Positions 35,674 through 45,065 of a stretch of 64,000 nt of DNA are shown in pieces. The stretch covers positions 1 to 64,000 of the IMG/VR virus record IMGVR_UViG_3300025919_000136. One strand, written 5' to 3'. The stretch is from a virus. Under the pieces are notes generated by a model, which did not search any database, was not told the DNA's origin, and saw only the letters and a program-made list of their open reading frames with translations. The first letter of the stretch is position 1. Every line of letters starts with the position of its first letter. The position numbers and the translations under genes were made by a program.

Positions 35674-37295
35674 TAGTTGTTTAGTTGCCTCCTCCAGAAG
35701 TTCGCATCAATCGCCGCCATGAATAGCTTCGCGTTAGTTACCTTAGCGTTGACAGCGGCTACGATGTCTTCGTCGATGGTGCGTTCGGTGACCAGATCTA
35801 TGTAGAGGAGCGGAGTAGTTTTCTTGGGGTGGTAGATCCGATCCTCGCTTTGGGCATTCACTTCACAGGAATACGAACGGCTGTAGTTGATGATGGTATC
35901 CGCTGCGGAGAGGTTCAGGCCCATCTTCACCAAGGCTACTTGGCAAAGCAGTACGCGGTTGGGCGGGCTGGCGGGGGACTGGAACCACTCCAGAATAGCG
36001 GAGCGCTCCTTGGTTGGCGTTGAGCCGACCAGGATATCGTTCGGTATATTGTTAGCGTTCAGTAGTTCGGCCACGTGACGCAGTTCGCTGTTGAAGCGGA
36101 AGTAGACTACGACGGGTTGGCCTTGGAGTTCGCCCGTTAGAAGACGATATAGTTCGTTCCGCTTGCCGGGGTAGAGTAGGTTACCTTCGATGTCGCATCC
36201 ACCGGCAAGGCGGGCGAGCCACAGCTGCTTCACTATGACGTGTTGGGTTTCGTGGCGAACCGTGTCCGTCTCGTGGCGGGTGGTGGCGGGGGTGTTGTGG
36301 TTGTCGGCGGTGATTTCGCTGTCGCTATCTGGTAAATCCAAAATGGCCGGGGGCGGTGGTTGGGCTGGGTTGTGCTGCGTTGTTGCTGCGATGGTGTGGT
36401 TGGCGTGTTCGGTAACTAGAGTGGCGAATTCGCGTTCAATCATCCGATACTGCTTGAGTTGTTCTGGAGTGGGGGGTATTGTGTATGTCTCTCGTACTTT
36501 ATGGTTCGGTAGGTTCACATCCTGACGACGGAGCACGAAGGCCTTGCTGTGGACGGCATCGTGAATGGTTTGGCGGGTGTCTGGTTTGGGGTCCCATCCG
36601 TCGCGCGAATCTACGCCGTTGGCCGGTTCGTAGAACTTAGCGCGGAAGTGGTAGTAGTTGTCGCAACCGAGGAACGTGTTGTGGAGGAACTTGAACTGTT
36701 GGAATAGGTCTAGGTCAGATTCAGGGCTGGGTAGGCCGCTTAGAATCATGCGATGGGGGACCATCCTAAAGCCCTTTGTCATTACCTTCGATATCTGGGC
36801 AGAGGGGTTACGGAATGTAGTTGATTCATCAGCGATCACAACTTTCCAGGCCATCGCGGCAATGGTGGGATCAGCACGAAGTGCCTCGTAGTTAAGGAGA
36901 ACCCAACGGCGTTGGTAGAGTGGCGTGGCCGGGTGGATTGGTCGTGATGGGGGGCGGTAGGCTGTAGGCTTGAAGGCCCACTGCATGCGGAAGCGCCGCT
37001 TCTCTGGAGAGAGTCCAGTTGATAGGATGAAGGTTTCTCGTTCCTCGGTTAGTTCGAGCCTCCAGGCGTTGAGTACGGTTAATGGGGCTAGCACTAGTAT
37101 GGGCATGGGTGTGGTGGTCGGGGTAGGATACCAACCTTGGACGGTCCTTATAGCTGTGAGGCTCTTCCCCAATCGCATATCCATGAGCCAAGCCGGATGG
37201 CGAACGGAATCTGTGGTCAGCCACCGCAGCGCATCCTGCTGGTGAGGCATGAGCGGGCGCTTGCTGGTTGGTGCGGTGGCGGTTGGAGTTGGCAT
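35673..37295 (-). CDS. SNF2-family helicase
   Basis: LMPHQ, DMRLGKS, NYEAL, ADES, LSGLP, GLNLSAA, QSEDR. Confidence 0.85.
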   Translation of the reverse strand: MPTPTATAPTSKRPLMPHQQDALRWLTTDSVRHPAWLMDMRLGKSLTAIRTVQGWYPTPTTTPMPILVLAPLTVLNAWRLELTEERETFILSTGLSPEKRRFRMQWAFKPTAYRPPSRPIHPATPLYQRRWVLLNYEALRADPTIAAMAWKVVIADESTTFRNPSAQISKVMTKGFRMVPHRMILSGLPSPESDLDLFQQFKFLHNTFLGCDNYYHFRAKFYEPANGVDSRDGWDPKPDTRQTIHDAVHSKAFVLRRQDVNLPNHKVRETYTIPPTPEQLKQYRMIEREFATLVTEHANHTIAATTQHNPAQPPPPAILDLPDSDSEITADNHNTPATTRHETDTVRHETQHVIVKQLWLARLAGGCDIEGNLLYPGKRNELYRLLTGELQGQPVVVYFRFNSELRHVAELLNANNIPNDILVGSTPTKERSAILEWFQSPASPPNRVLLCQVALVKMGLNLSAADTIINYSRSYSCEVNAQSEDRIYHPKKTTPLLYIDLVTERTIDEDIVAAVNAKVTNAKLFMAAIDANFWRRQLNN

Positions 37296-37377
37296 TGGAG
37301 TGGTCTGGGTAGGTTAAGCGTTCAGGATATCCCAACCGAACGGATCATACAAGTCGTGGTAGTCAGATCCGCCGTCA

Positions 37378-37404
37378 GCGGAGTCCTCTCCAGAGAAGTG
37401 GGCC
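37378..37404 (+). repeat. 28-bp element copy
   Basis: gcggagtcctctccagagaagtgggcc. Confidence 0.8.
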
Positions 37405-37465
37405 AAAACTGCGAACACGAGGCCTGCTAAGAGTAGGGAAGCGAAGGCAAGGATGAGTTTTGGTT

Positions 37466-37837
37466 TCATGACATTTTGGAGGTAGGTTCGTAATCAGTAG
37501 AGTTAGTTGGTTTTCCAGCTGCCTTGGTCTTGAACTTCGAATCTACCTTGTTCAGGTCTAGTACTTGGTTCCCTGGCTTCGAGAGTTCGTTGATCAAGAT
37601 GCGCGCTAGCTTATGGCCCGTCTCGGTAGAGGGAACGGAGATAAGCGGGATTGGGCGCTCATCGTCGGTTAGCTTGCAGTACAAGACCGGAGTCTTGGAA
37701 TTGGTAGTGTGGGCCGTCCACAGCTTCGATATGTGGGCGCAGTTAACAATGGTATGGAGTGTGGTGATCAGCCACTTCTGGGTGAGCTCCATCGGCATTG
37801 GTACTAGGGGCGGTTCGGGCTTCGGGTGGAGGGCCAT
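37466..37837 (-). CDS. Hypothetical protein
   Basis: TAATG-coupled. Confidence 0.5.
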   Translation of the reverse strand: MALHPKPEPPLVPMPMELTQKWLITTLHTIVNCAHISKLWTAHTTNSKTPVLYCKLTDDERPIPLISVPSTETGHKLARILINELSKPGNQVLDLNKVDSKFKTKAAGKPTNSTDYEPTSKMS

Positions 37838-38016
37838 TAGGATTGGTTCGGTAACTTAGATGGGAACTGGTTGTCCTTGGATAGGGCCGCATCCGTTCGC
37901 TTGCGGCGGAGCGAGTCGCGAAGCCGGGGCACGAAGAATGGGGCGTGGGAATCCATACCGACGCGGTAGGATAGGTAACAGATTAGGATGGTAAGCGGCG
38001 GGAGGATGTAGTTCAT
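37837..38016 (-). CDS. Small membrane protein
   Basis: N-terminal hydrophobic helix. Confidence 0.4.
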   Translation of the reverse strand: MNYILPPLTILICYLSYRVGMDSHAPFFVPRLRDSLRRKRTDAALSKDNQFPSKLPNQS

Positions 38017-38187
38017 AGGTTTAGTCTCCGGTACAGAATACGTAGAACAGGAACTCCCAAACGAGCGCCACGACCACCAACGACGCAACCAGACTGTAAT
38101 CACCTTGGCAGAGCAGATAAGTGTAGGCGCTGCCTTGAATGAAGCGGAGTACTTCCAGTGGTAACGTCTGGCGGCGGAATTTGCGGA

Positions 38188-38433
38188 TCATGGGCTTGTG
38201 GTGGTATGGAATGGTTCGTTCGCCTCGGCGGTGTATAGTCTGCGGTTGATGATTTCGATGACGAGATCGATACGTTGCCAGACGGATAGGTCGGTGTTCG
38301 GATGGAAATGGAACAGCTTTGCACGGCGGACTAGGGTTCGTTTCGGGTATAGCTTCATCATCCGCCGTGCGATTGCACGCTCCTTGTGGTCGAAGCCCTC
38401 GCAGGCTAGCAAGTATTCGTACGATGGTCTCAT
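38188..38433 (-). CDS. Hypothetical protein
   Basis: ATGA overlap. Confidence 0.45.
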   Translation of the reverse strand: MRPSYEYLLACEGFDHKERAIARRMMKLYPKRTLVRRAKLFHFHPNTDLSVWQRIDLVIEIINRRLYTAEANEPFHTTTSP

Positions 38434-38816
38434 GACTCAATCAGCGACTGGAGCACCTTCATATCGCCTTCGAGGAAAGTATAGCCGTTAGCGATCTTGT
38501 TCAGAAGGTAGATGGCGGAGATCTTCCAATTGCGGTTGTTGTCTTCGACTGCAAGTTTCCAGTCGTACTTGAATATGTATCGTTCGGCTTCCAGCGAAGC
38601 CAAGGATTTCTCCCGTTCGCATTCGTCTTCGATACCCAGGATCTGGTGGACGATGTTGCTCGTGATTTGGGCCGCTTCTCTGGGAGAGATCTCCGCTGTG
38701 GCAGACTGCTTTACGTGCCTGTCGGTGGTTTTCTTCTGTCCGCCGTATATGGTGGCGAACGTGCTGATCTGCGCTTGCTTGCGACGGCGCTGCATTTCTT
38801 GGGCGGTGATTGGCAT
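38430..38816 (-). CDS. Hypothetical protein
   Basis: AAGGAG ribosome-binding site. Confidence 0.55.
   Translation of the reverse strand: MPITAQEMQRRRKQAQISTFATIYGGQKKTTDRHVKQSATAEISPREAAQITSNIVHQILGIEDECEREKSLASLEAERYIFKYDWKLAVEDNNRNWKISAIYLLNKIANGYTFLEGDMKVLQSLIES
38669..38696 (-). repeat. 28-bp element copy (intragenic)
   Basis: gggccgcttctctgggagagatctccgc, read as AEISPREAA. Confidence 0.85.
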
Positions 38817-38863
38817 GGTTGGTTGGACTCCTTAGTAGGATTGTGGCTTGGTTACTTGAACGG

Positions 38864-39223
38864 CTAATCTATGCTGCTAACGTAGTAGACTCCAGTGAAT
38901 CGGCCTTTACTGAGTTGGACGGTACAAGGGTCGCCGTCCTTCAACGAACGGTATCGTTCAACGTAGGTCTCGGCTTCGTAGGAATGATGGTCGAAGCTGG
39001 TTTGGACGCGGATGTAGTAATGTTCGGGATTGTACTGCGGCATCATTTGCTTGCCGGTGTACATGTAGGTGGTAGACGGCGGAACGTAGCGGTGGCCGAG
39101 TACTATGGCTGCGGTGCTGTTAGACGGAGCCAGCAGCATGTCGGCGGCGAAGAATACTACCGACAGTATGATCAGTGCGAGCACGAGGCCGATGAGTTTC
39201 GTAGTCCGATCGTAGGTTTCCAT
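38864..39223 (-). CDS. Membrane-anchored hypothetical protein
   Basis: N-terminal TM, ends KGRFTG. Confidence 0.55.
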   Translation of the reverse strand: METYDRTTKLIGLVLALIILSVVFFAADMLLAPSNSTAAIVLGHRYVPPSTTYMYTGKQMMPQYNPEHYYIRVQTSFDHHSYEAETYVERYRSLKDGDPCTVQLSKGRFTGVYYVSSID

Positions 39224-39341
39224 GGCTAGGGTGGTTGTGGTAGTCTCGGTTACCGGATCCGGGGTCGGCTTGCCTACGCGTCCGGTCGCAAGCAGCCAAC
39301 GGCCTCTATATGGGTGGGTAGGCGTGGTTGGTGCGGGTTGG

Positions 39342-40226
39342 TTAGTTAAAAGACAGATGGATTTCCTGCTGGTCGGCGGCGACTTGGGTATAATCATCGA
39401 CCAAGGAGCGGAGTCGCTTGAGAGTGTTGAATTGTACGGCGGGACTGAACGACTTCACGACTTCGGTAGCTGAGTTGTAGAAGCTATATAAGGTGCGCGG
39501 TTCGAACTCGTCGTGGGTGGGGTTCTGCCAATTGTGGTAGACGGACTCAAGGTGCCGCCACTTGAAGATCCCTCGCTCCCCCGCCTTCATGATGGCATAA
39601 GAGGCATCGCGGTCGTCCATCGGGACTTGCTGCATGCCAACCGCTAGGAGTTGGACGGAGTCCAACTCTTGGAGGTAGTTTTCCACGCCTTCGGCGACGG
39701 TCTCTTCGAGATTGCGCTGGGAAAGTTCGCGGAGTTGGGCGTCGGTAAGCTGGGACAGGCCCGGAATGGGTTCGTTGTAGTTAGTGGTGGATTTGGACTG
39801 TAGATGTTGGTTTATTGATTGGGTGTTGGGGCGAAGGTGCCGATGCTTCAGCACGAAGTCCCCGGAGAACATGCCATTGGCGCAGACCGCAATGCGCGCA
39901 CCCACCGCGAAGGAGATCGCGTAGCGACCCAAATTATCATGGCGGACGCCAAGGGAGAACGTGGCCGGGGAGCCAGGGATATTGAGGGCGAAGTCGGTAT
40001 TGGAAGTGTCCAGGTCCAGCGCGCCGAAGAGGGCGCTGCCGTTGGGGTTGGTGTACCAACCTTCGTTGGTGATTTGGAGGCCGATCTTCTGGACATAGGA
40101 GGTAATGGTGTCCGCTAGGACACCGTGGTTGACGCCTTCCCACAGGCGACCTACGTCGGTTCGCGGTGGGACTGGGATGTCGTGGAGTTGGGCGCGGGTC
40201 TGGGCAATACCGGAGTTGTACAGCAT
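39342..40226 (-). CDS. DUF932-like protein
   Basis: RHDN, RIAVCANG, KHRH, TLYSFYNSATE; own promoter and AAGGAG site. Confidence 0.65.
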   Translation of the reverse strand: MLYNSGIAQTRAQLHDIPVPPRTDVGRLWEGVNHGVLADTITSYVQKIGLQITNEGWYTNPNGSALFGALDLDTSNTDFALNIPGSPATFSLGVRHDNLGRYAISFAVGARIAVCANGMFSGDFVLKHRHLRPNTQSINQHLQSKSTTNYNEPIPGLSQLTDAQLRELSQRNLEETVAEGVENYLQELDSVQLLAVGMQQVPMDDRDASYAIMKAGERGIFKWRHLESVYHNWQNPTHDEFEPRTLYSFYNSATEVVKSFSPAVQFNTLKRLRSLVDDYTQVAADQQEIHLSFN

Positions 40227-40280
40227 GGGGTGGGCTCCTTTGGTAGGGTCGGTCTTGGTATGACTTGGTTGACAGAGTAT

Positions 40281-40339
40281 ATTATGCCCGATCTTGGGGC
40301 GTTTGGGTGGGGTTTATTGGGGTATTTTCGGAATTATTT
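40281..40339 (-). promoter_or_regulatory. Repeated phage promoter copy 1
   Basis: AT tracts - CCCAAAC - GATCGGGCATAAT. Confidence 0.75.
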
Positions 40340-40533
40340 GTAGGTAGGTTTCGTACCCAGAAATCTTTGATGGCCGATTCTTGGTTCTCGTAAGTATATA
40401 GCGGAGTGGTATTGAACGGATACGAGGTTTGGTATAGCCTGGTGGTATAATAGTTGATCACGCGGAGAACGGCGCGGAGTTGTTTCCGGTGACGTTGGCT
40501 GCGGCGGTATAGGTGATGTGGGTTGCGGAGTTT

Positions 40534-40561
40534 GGGCGCTCTTCTGGGAGAGATGCTCCGC
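40534..40561 (-). repeat. 28-bp element copy
   Basis: gggcgctcttctgggagagatgctccgc. Confidence 0.85.
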
Positions 40562-40625
40562 TGTCCATAGATAGCATTCGATTGCCGCGTTGACGTGGGG
40601 TGGCCGTATGTGGTGGAGGGGTACT

Positions 40626-41705
40626 TCATTGTGGGTTGGGGTCGGGCTCGGGTTCGCTTGGCTGGCTGTGGTGATAGTGAACGGCACTTTGGATAAAGTC
40701 TTGGACGTGGTTCGCCAGCTGCACGTGATTAATGAACTGGACGTCCTTCACCTCTATGCAATTCAAATTGCCTGGGTGGCGGGATTCTGCCTCGCGGAGG
40801 AGGTCAAGCGGAAGGACGATATAGAAAAGGTGGATTTGGTAATTAGTTGGGTTAGTTGGTTGGACTGGGAACGCTGAGTAGTAGATCCAATCATCATAGT
40901 TGGTGGAAAGGCCGGTCGTGGCTTCGAAGGCTTCGGCCATAGCGTGGTTGAATGAGTATGATGGGTCGGGCTGGTCGGCTGGGTAGACGGTAGCTACTCC
41001 GCTCCACAAGTGATCGTCGTTGAGCGGAGGTAGGGTCAGCTTGTTGGACTTGCGCAGGAGTACTCGTTTGAAGTCGGGCGTGAAGGCGAAGCCGAGAACG
41101 TAGTCGGTGCGTGGGGTGGACTCGTTTGTTTGGGGTTGGGTGTTTGTAGCTATCTCCCCTAGTAGCTGGTCGTATATCTGCTCTGTCTGATGGTCTGATA
41201 ATAGACCTACTTCTTGGATGCTGGGACCACAGATACAAACTACGCGGAGGCTTGGGTATGTTTTATTGACTGATACCTGCAACTGGTGAGCTATTTCTTG
41301 TAGCTGCTCTAGACGGAAGTACTCAGCTGTATCTATACCAAAGTTTAGTAGAAGAAGTCCCGCTGATTCTAAGGCTTCGTTGGATAACAGTTGAGCGTTC
41401 GCCGACGGCACCACCATTAGGTTTATGTGTTGGGCTGGTGTGGCTGGTTGGGTGTCGGTGGGTGTGGGCGTAGGTTGGGCGAATGGATTCGGGGCGGGGC
41501 GGGGTAGGTCATATGGTGCGGAGGAATCGGTGGTGGCGTTGGCTTCTAGCATGGTTAGATAGTCTAGGAAGCCTTCGTAGGGGAAGGTCAGGTATTCTTC
41601 CTTGCCTAGCTCATGGCAACGCACCCTACCTTCAAGAATACTAGCCCTTAAGCCCAAGGCCTCAGCGCGAGCTAACGTTGATTGTTCGTTAGTAGTCGGT
41701 TCCAT
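40626..41705 (-). CDS. Multi-module protein with degenerate Nudix-like C-terminal domain
   Basis: YVLGFAF...VLLRK...WSG...AMAEAFEATTGL; Nudix box not intact. Confidence 0.55.
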   Translation of the reverse strand: MEPTTNEQSTLARAEALGLRASILEGRVRCHELGKEEYLTFPYEGFLDYLTMLEANATTDSSAPYDLPRPAPNPFAQPTPTPTDTQPATPAQHINLMVVPSANAQLLSNEALESAGLLLLNFGIDTAEYFRLEQLQEIAHQLQVSVNKTYPSLRVVCICGPSIQEVGLLSDHQTEQIYDQLLGEIATNTQPQTNESTPRTDYVLGFAFTPDFKRVLLRKSNKLTLPPLNDDHLWSGVATVYPADQPDPSYSFNHAMAEAFEATTGLSTNYDDWIYYSAFPVQPTNPTNYQIHLFYIVLPLDLLREAESRHPGNLNCIEVKDVQFINHVQLANHVQDFIQSAVHYHHSQPSEPEPDPNPQ

Positions 41706-41735
41706 TATATTAGTTCCTTTAGCTAGATACCGGAG

Positions 41736-41876
41736 TCAATCGTTGCCTAGTTCGTGGGAGCGAACTTTGCCTTCGAGGATGGTTGCCTGAAGTCCGAGGG
41801 CTTTGGCACGGTTGATAGTGTTTTGTTCGGAGGTTGTGGTTGGTTCAACGTTGGATGTAGACGTGGTTGGTTCCAT
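41736..41876 (-). CDS. 46-aa truncated duplicate of the N-terminus of 40626-41705
   Basis: ...INRAKALGLQATILEGKVRSHELG, translated by hand. Confidence 0.55.
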   Translation of the reverse strand: MEPTTSTSNVEPTTTSEQNTINRAKALGLQATILEGKVRSHELGND

Positions 41877-42093
41877 GGAGAGTGGGTTCCTTTGCTGGCT
41901 TGTTGGGTTTATAAACGGATTGTATGGATCGACCTAGGTTCTGCAGGTTAAGTGTTACGAACATGACCAACGCAGACCCAATTATGGTTTCTATGCTTCG
42001 GCCAGGGAAGATGTAGAGCGACAGAGCCAGAAGTGGCAGCATTTCTAGCCAGATGCCGAAGCCGTAGACTAGATAGCGAGCGAGTTTGTTCAT
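41845..42093 (-). CDS. Two-TM membrane protein
   Basis: Two hydrophobic helices. Confidence 0.5.
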   Translation of the reverse strand: MNKLARYLVYGFGIWLEMLPLLALSLYIFPGRSIETIIGSALVMFVTLNLQNLGRSIQSVYKPNKPAKEPTLHGTNHVYIQR

Positions 42094-42512
42094 TGTAGTT
42101 TTGGGCCGTCCTCTGGGAGAGATGTCTCCGCGTCAATATTCGGTGTGGGCGTGGTCTTGGGCGGAGCTAACGCTGCTACGTTTTCTAATGCTTGACGAGC
42201 GATGGATTTCAGATAGTTTGGGTCGTTGGCGTTGTAGATGGCCATAACTCCGTTCAGGCGGTGGGTTGGTGGCAGCTTGCGTATGATGGCGGCAATAGGA
42301 TCTACGATATCTTGTAGTGCTTGCGTAGCTAATTCAAGTTGGCGGTTAGCGGTGGTGGCGTTCCATTTGGTTGTAGCTAGTTCGGGTGTGGGTGCGGAGG
42401 GGCCGGTTGCGTCGCAGGTGTAGCAACCGGTCTGGACGTTGCCGTTGGATAAGGAGGCGTAGGATGGGTCTGTGTCGGTAGAGCCGCAGAAGGGGCAGGG
42501 GTTGGGTTTCAT
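42090..42512 (-). CDS. Lar-like (restriction alleviation) Zn-finger protein
   Basis: PCPFCGS...CYTCDATGP...KWN. Confidence 0.7.
   Translation of the reverse strand: MKPNPCPFCGSTDTDPSYASLSNGNVQTGCYTCDATGPSAPTPELATTKWNATTANRQLELATQALQDIVDPIAAIIRKLPPTHRLNGVMAIYNANDPNYLKSIARQALENVAALAPPKTTPTPNIDAETSLPEDGPKLQ
42103..42132 (-). repeat. 28-bp element copy (gene 3' end)
   Basis: gggccgtcctctgggagagatgtctccgcg, read as AETSLPEDGP. Confidence 0.9.
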
Positions 42513-42754
42513 TTTGTATCGGTTTGGGGTTTGGGCGGCATCTCTCCGTACTTGAAGAAGTATATAAGGCAGTCTTCGCAGAGATCAGGGAGCTCAGACT
42601 TCGGCCGATCATTAGTGCCGATGAATAGATGTACCTCCAGCGGGCGTGGAGACTTGAGAAGTGAGGGATTTGGATAGTAGTTGTGGGTGTGCTGGTAGCT
42701 CGCACCAGAATGCTTGAGGAGGGTACCGCAACCGTCGCATTTGATTTCTATCAT
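42509..42754 (-). CDS. Small Zn-finger protein
   Basis: CDGC...DLCEDC. Confidence 0.55.
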   Translation of the reverse strand: MIEIKCDGCGTLLKHSGASYQHTHNYYPNPSLLKSPRPLEVHLFIGTNDRPKSELPDLCEDCLIYFFKYGEMPPKPQTDTK

Positions 42755-42786
42755 AAGGTTTGGTGGACTTGTGGACTATGGATGAG

Positions 42787-43437
42787 TTACGTATTCGCCA
42801 GCAGATCATATAACGATGCAGTTCGTTCGCCGGATTCGTAGCGAAGAATACCTTCGTATAGTTGAACGGCGGTTGTGACTGAGATGCTGTGGTCGGCGAG
42901 GGTGGTATAGGTTCGTTGGGCGATGGCTTCCCACTGGGCTTCGACTCGACTGGTGGAGTTGGTTGGCTTAGTGGAACGGTAGTTCCAAGTGTGGCGGGCT
43001 GCACTGTGGGTGTAGCATTCGGGGCCGCGTGCGTTGCAGCCGGGGCATCGAACATAGTATATTGGTTCGTTGTAGGACGGGTGGTGTTCCTCGACGCAAA
43101 CTCGTGGGCTGGTGTGGTTGCAGAACGGGCAAGCGGAGAGTGGTGGGTGGGTTGGCTGTGGGGTTGGGGTGGGTTGGGATTGTATATTGGTTGGTTGTTC
43201 GGTCGTTAGTATGAGTATGTTGGTTGGCTTATAAATCGCTTGGAAGTAGACCGGCGGATATGGATCTCCGGGGTGGGCTTCGTTGGAGTTGGGTGGAAGG
43301 ATAGCAATGCCGCCGATAGGTTGCCAACCGGTGTTGTAGGTGGCTTGGGCGACTTGCTGGCATAGTTCGTAGCAGCCGTCAGCGGAGAGGATGCGGTAGT
43401 TTAGGTCGGGTGTGGGTTGGTTCATTTGGTTTGGCAT
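42787..43437 (-). CDS. DUF1737-like domain fused to a Lar-like domain
   Basis: YRIL...GWQPIGG...YFQAI; CPFC...CPGCNARGP...WN. Confidence 0.6.
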   Translation of the reverse strand: MPNQMNQPTPDLNYRILSADGCYELCQQVAQATYNTGWQPIGGIAILPPNSNEAHPGDPYPPVYFQAIYKPTNILILTTEQPTNIQSQPTPTPQPTHPPLSACPFCNHTSPRVCVEEHHPSYNEPIYYVRCPGCNARGPECYTHSAARHTWNYRSTKPTNSTSRVEAQWEAIAQRTYTTLADHSISVTTAVQLYEGILRYESGERTASLYDLLANT

Positions 43438-44066
43438 TCCTCGCTTGCATTAGTAGGTGGTGTAGGCGGCGCGATCGCTTCTATATTGTCTATAGCTTGG
43501 TGGGCGATGCATTTCAGGTAGTTAGGGTCGTTGGAGTTATATACGGCCATGGCACCCTCTAGCTTTTGATCTGGGAGTAGCTTGCGAGATATAGCCGCGA
43601 TAGGATCTATAATATCTTGTAGGGCTTGGGTGGCAAGCTGGAGTTGGTGCGATTGGGCGGCAAGGGTGGTTTGGAGGGCTTGGATGGTGTCGTTCTGTTG
43701 TTCGATGATGATTGGTAATGTGGTGCTGCGTGTCTTTACCTTCACTAACCGGTTGGGCGGTGGGCTGCGCTTGGGTAGCTTTGGACGGATAGTCAGGAGG
43801 TCGCGAACTTCGATGTACAGGTCTTCCAGTTTAGCTTCGTCTTGGCTGAAGTCCTCGACCTTCACCAGCAGCTTGAATAGGTCCAGGATGTAGGCTATGG
43901 CTGGGTATGGCAGGGCGGGGTCACAGAGTTCAAGGAGAACGTTGCGGGCCTCTTCGAATTTGGCTTCCCACTTCGCTTTGCGCCGCTTCTGCAAGTGAGG
44001 CGTGTCGAAGGGAGCGGCTTGAGGAGTGGTGAACTTACTAAGGTCAATTGGGGTTGGTTGGGTCAT
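43422..44066 (-). CDS. Hypothetical protein sharing a domain with 42090-42512
   Basis: LATQALQDI.DPIAAI.RKL...NDPNYLK.IA.QA. Confidence 0.55.
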   Translation of the reverse strand: MTQPTPIDLSKFTTPQAAPFDTPHLQKRRKAKWEAKFEEARNVLLELCDPALPYPAIAYILDLFKLLVKVEDFSQDEAKLEDLYIEVRDLLTIRPKLPKRSPPPNRLVKVKTRSTTLPIIIEQQNDTIQALQTTLAAQSHQLQLATQALQDIIDPIAAISRKLLPDQKLEGAMAVYNSNDPNYLKCIAHQAIDNIEAIAPPTPPTNASEECQTK

Positions 44067-44424
44067 CTGGAGACCTCTTGGGTGGGTTTTCGTATGGGAA
44101 GGCGGCTTCTAACCGTTCGTTGTCTTCGATATATTTTGCTCGGCGAATTGCAGTTCGGTAGGCTTCGCAGTTCTTTCTAAGGTTGTATTCGACTATAGCA
44201 ACCGCTTTCTTGTGACAGTTCTCACAAACCATACGTTGCTTGGTCATGAAACGGTCATTCAGATGATTGTGGAAAGTGTTAATCCGTTGGACGTATTCGG
44301 TAATGTAGCAGAAGTTGTACGAGCCACAGTAGTGGCAGCACATTAGCCGGTTCAGTTGATTTCTTACTTCACCTTCGCCCTCGAGCGTGACATCGGCGAC
44401 GGGCAAGTGGATATCGTCAGACAT
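44044..44424 (-). CDS. Zn-ribbon hypothetical protein
   Basis: CHYC...CENC. Confidence 0.5.
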   Translation of the reverse strand: MSDDIHLPVADVTLEGEGEVRNQLNRLMCCHYCGSYNFCYITEYVQRINTFHNHLNDRFMTKQRMVCENCHKKAVAIVEYNLRKNCEAYRTAIRRAKYIEDNERLEAAFPYENPPKRSPDDPTNPN

Positions 44425-44458
44425 TGGATGATTGGCCGAATCTTAGATTCTGGAACGA

Positions 44459-44932
44459 TCATAAATTTGGCTTTGGTTTCGGCCGCTGCTTGTAACCTTC
44501 GATTAGCTCATGGCAAAGAGAGGCTAGAAACTCGCCGTGGAGTTCCTGGGGTATTTGGTTGAAGAAGAATTTGAGACGATCTATGGTCTCGGTGCAGTTG
44601 TCGGTTAGTTGGCTGGCGTCGCCGTTGAGCTCCTTATATAAGGCTAAGGGGCGGATTTGCGTGATGACCTTGGCCCAACCGGAACGTCGCCCCATACGAA
44701 GGGCTCGCTGGGTTGGCGGCTTGCCAAATACGATATCGCCCGGATCCGCATCGCAAAGCGGGAATTCAGTAGCCAGCGAATGGTCCTTGAGCAGTTCAGC
44801 GGCGTTGCGGGTTTCCGGTGCTTGGCCGCGTAGGAACGCACATTCACGCGCCACCTCCGTGTAAACGTGGCGCTTCGGCAAGTCCTCGACCAGCTGGTGG
44901 TAGCCCAGGTACACGTAGTTTTTGCTTTGCAT
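44459..44932 (-). CDS. Hypothetical protein
   Basis: GGAGG site; first gene after promoter copy 2. Confidence 0.55.
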   Translation of the reverse strand: MQSKNYVYLGYHQLVEDLPKRHVYTEVARECAFLRGQAPETRNAAELLKDHSLATEFPLCDADPGDIVFGKPPTQRALRMGRRSGWAKVITQIRPLALYKELNGDASQLTDNCTETIDRLKFFFNQIPQELHGEFLASLCHELIEGYKQRPKPKPNL

Positions 44933-44948
44933 CGCGCCTCCACCAGAA

Positions 44949-45009
44949 ATTATGCCTCAATTTGAAGCGGCTGCGGGGACTGGGAGAAAATAAATCGAAG
45001 GTTATTTTC
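44949..45009 (-). promoter_or_regulatory. Repeated promoter copy 2 (divergent)
   Basis: GAAAATAA..TTATTTT tracts and GGCATAAT. Confidence 0.55.
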
Positions 45010-45037
45010 ATACCACCATGAGTATAGATTTGATTTT

Positions 45038-45065
45038 GGCCGTTCTCTGGGAGCGATACTCCGCG
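45038..45065 (-). repeat. 28-bp element copy, left flank of the non-coding centre
   Basis: ggccgttctctgggagcgatactccgcg. Confidence 0.85.

Noticed and set aside
40282-40687. Gene between promoter copy 1 and the Nudix-like gene
   Set aside because: Two overlapping frames (40282-40629 and 40334-40687) are equally plausible, and one runs through the promoter; not called.
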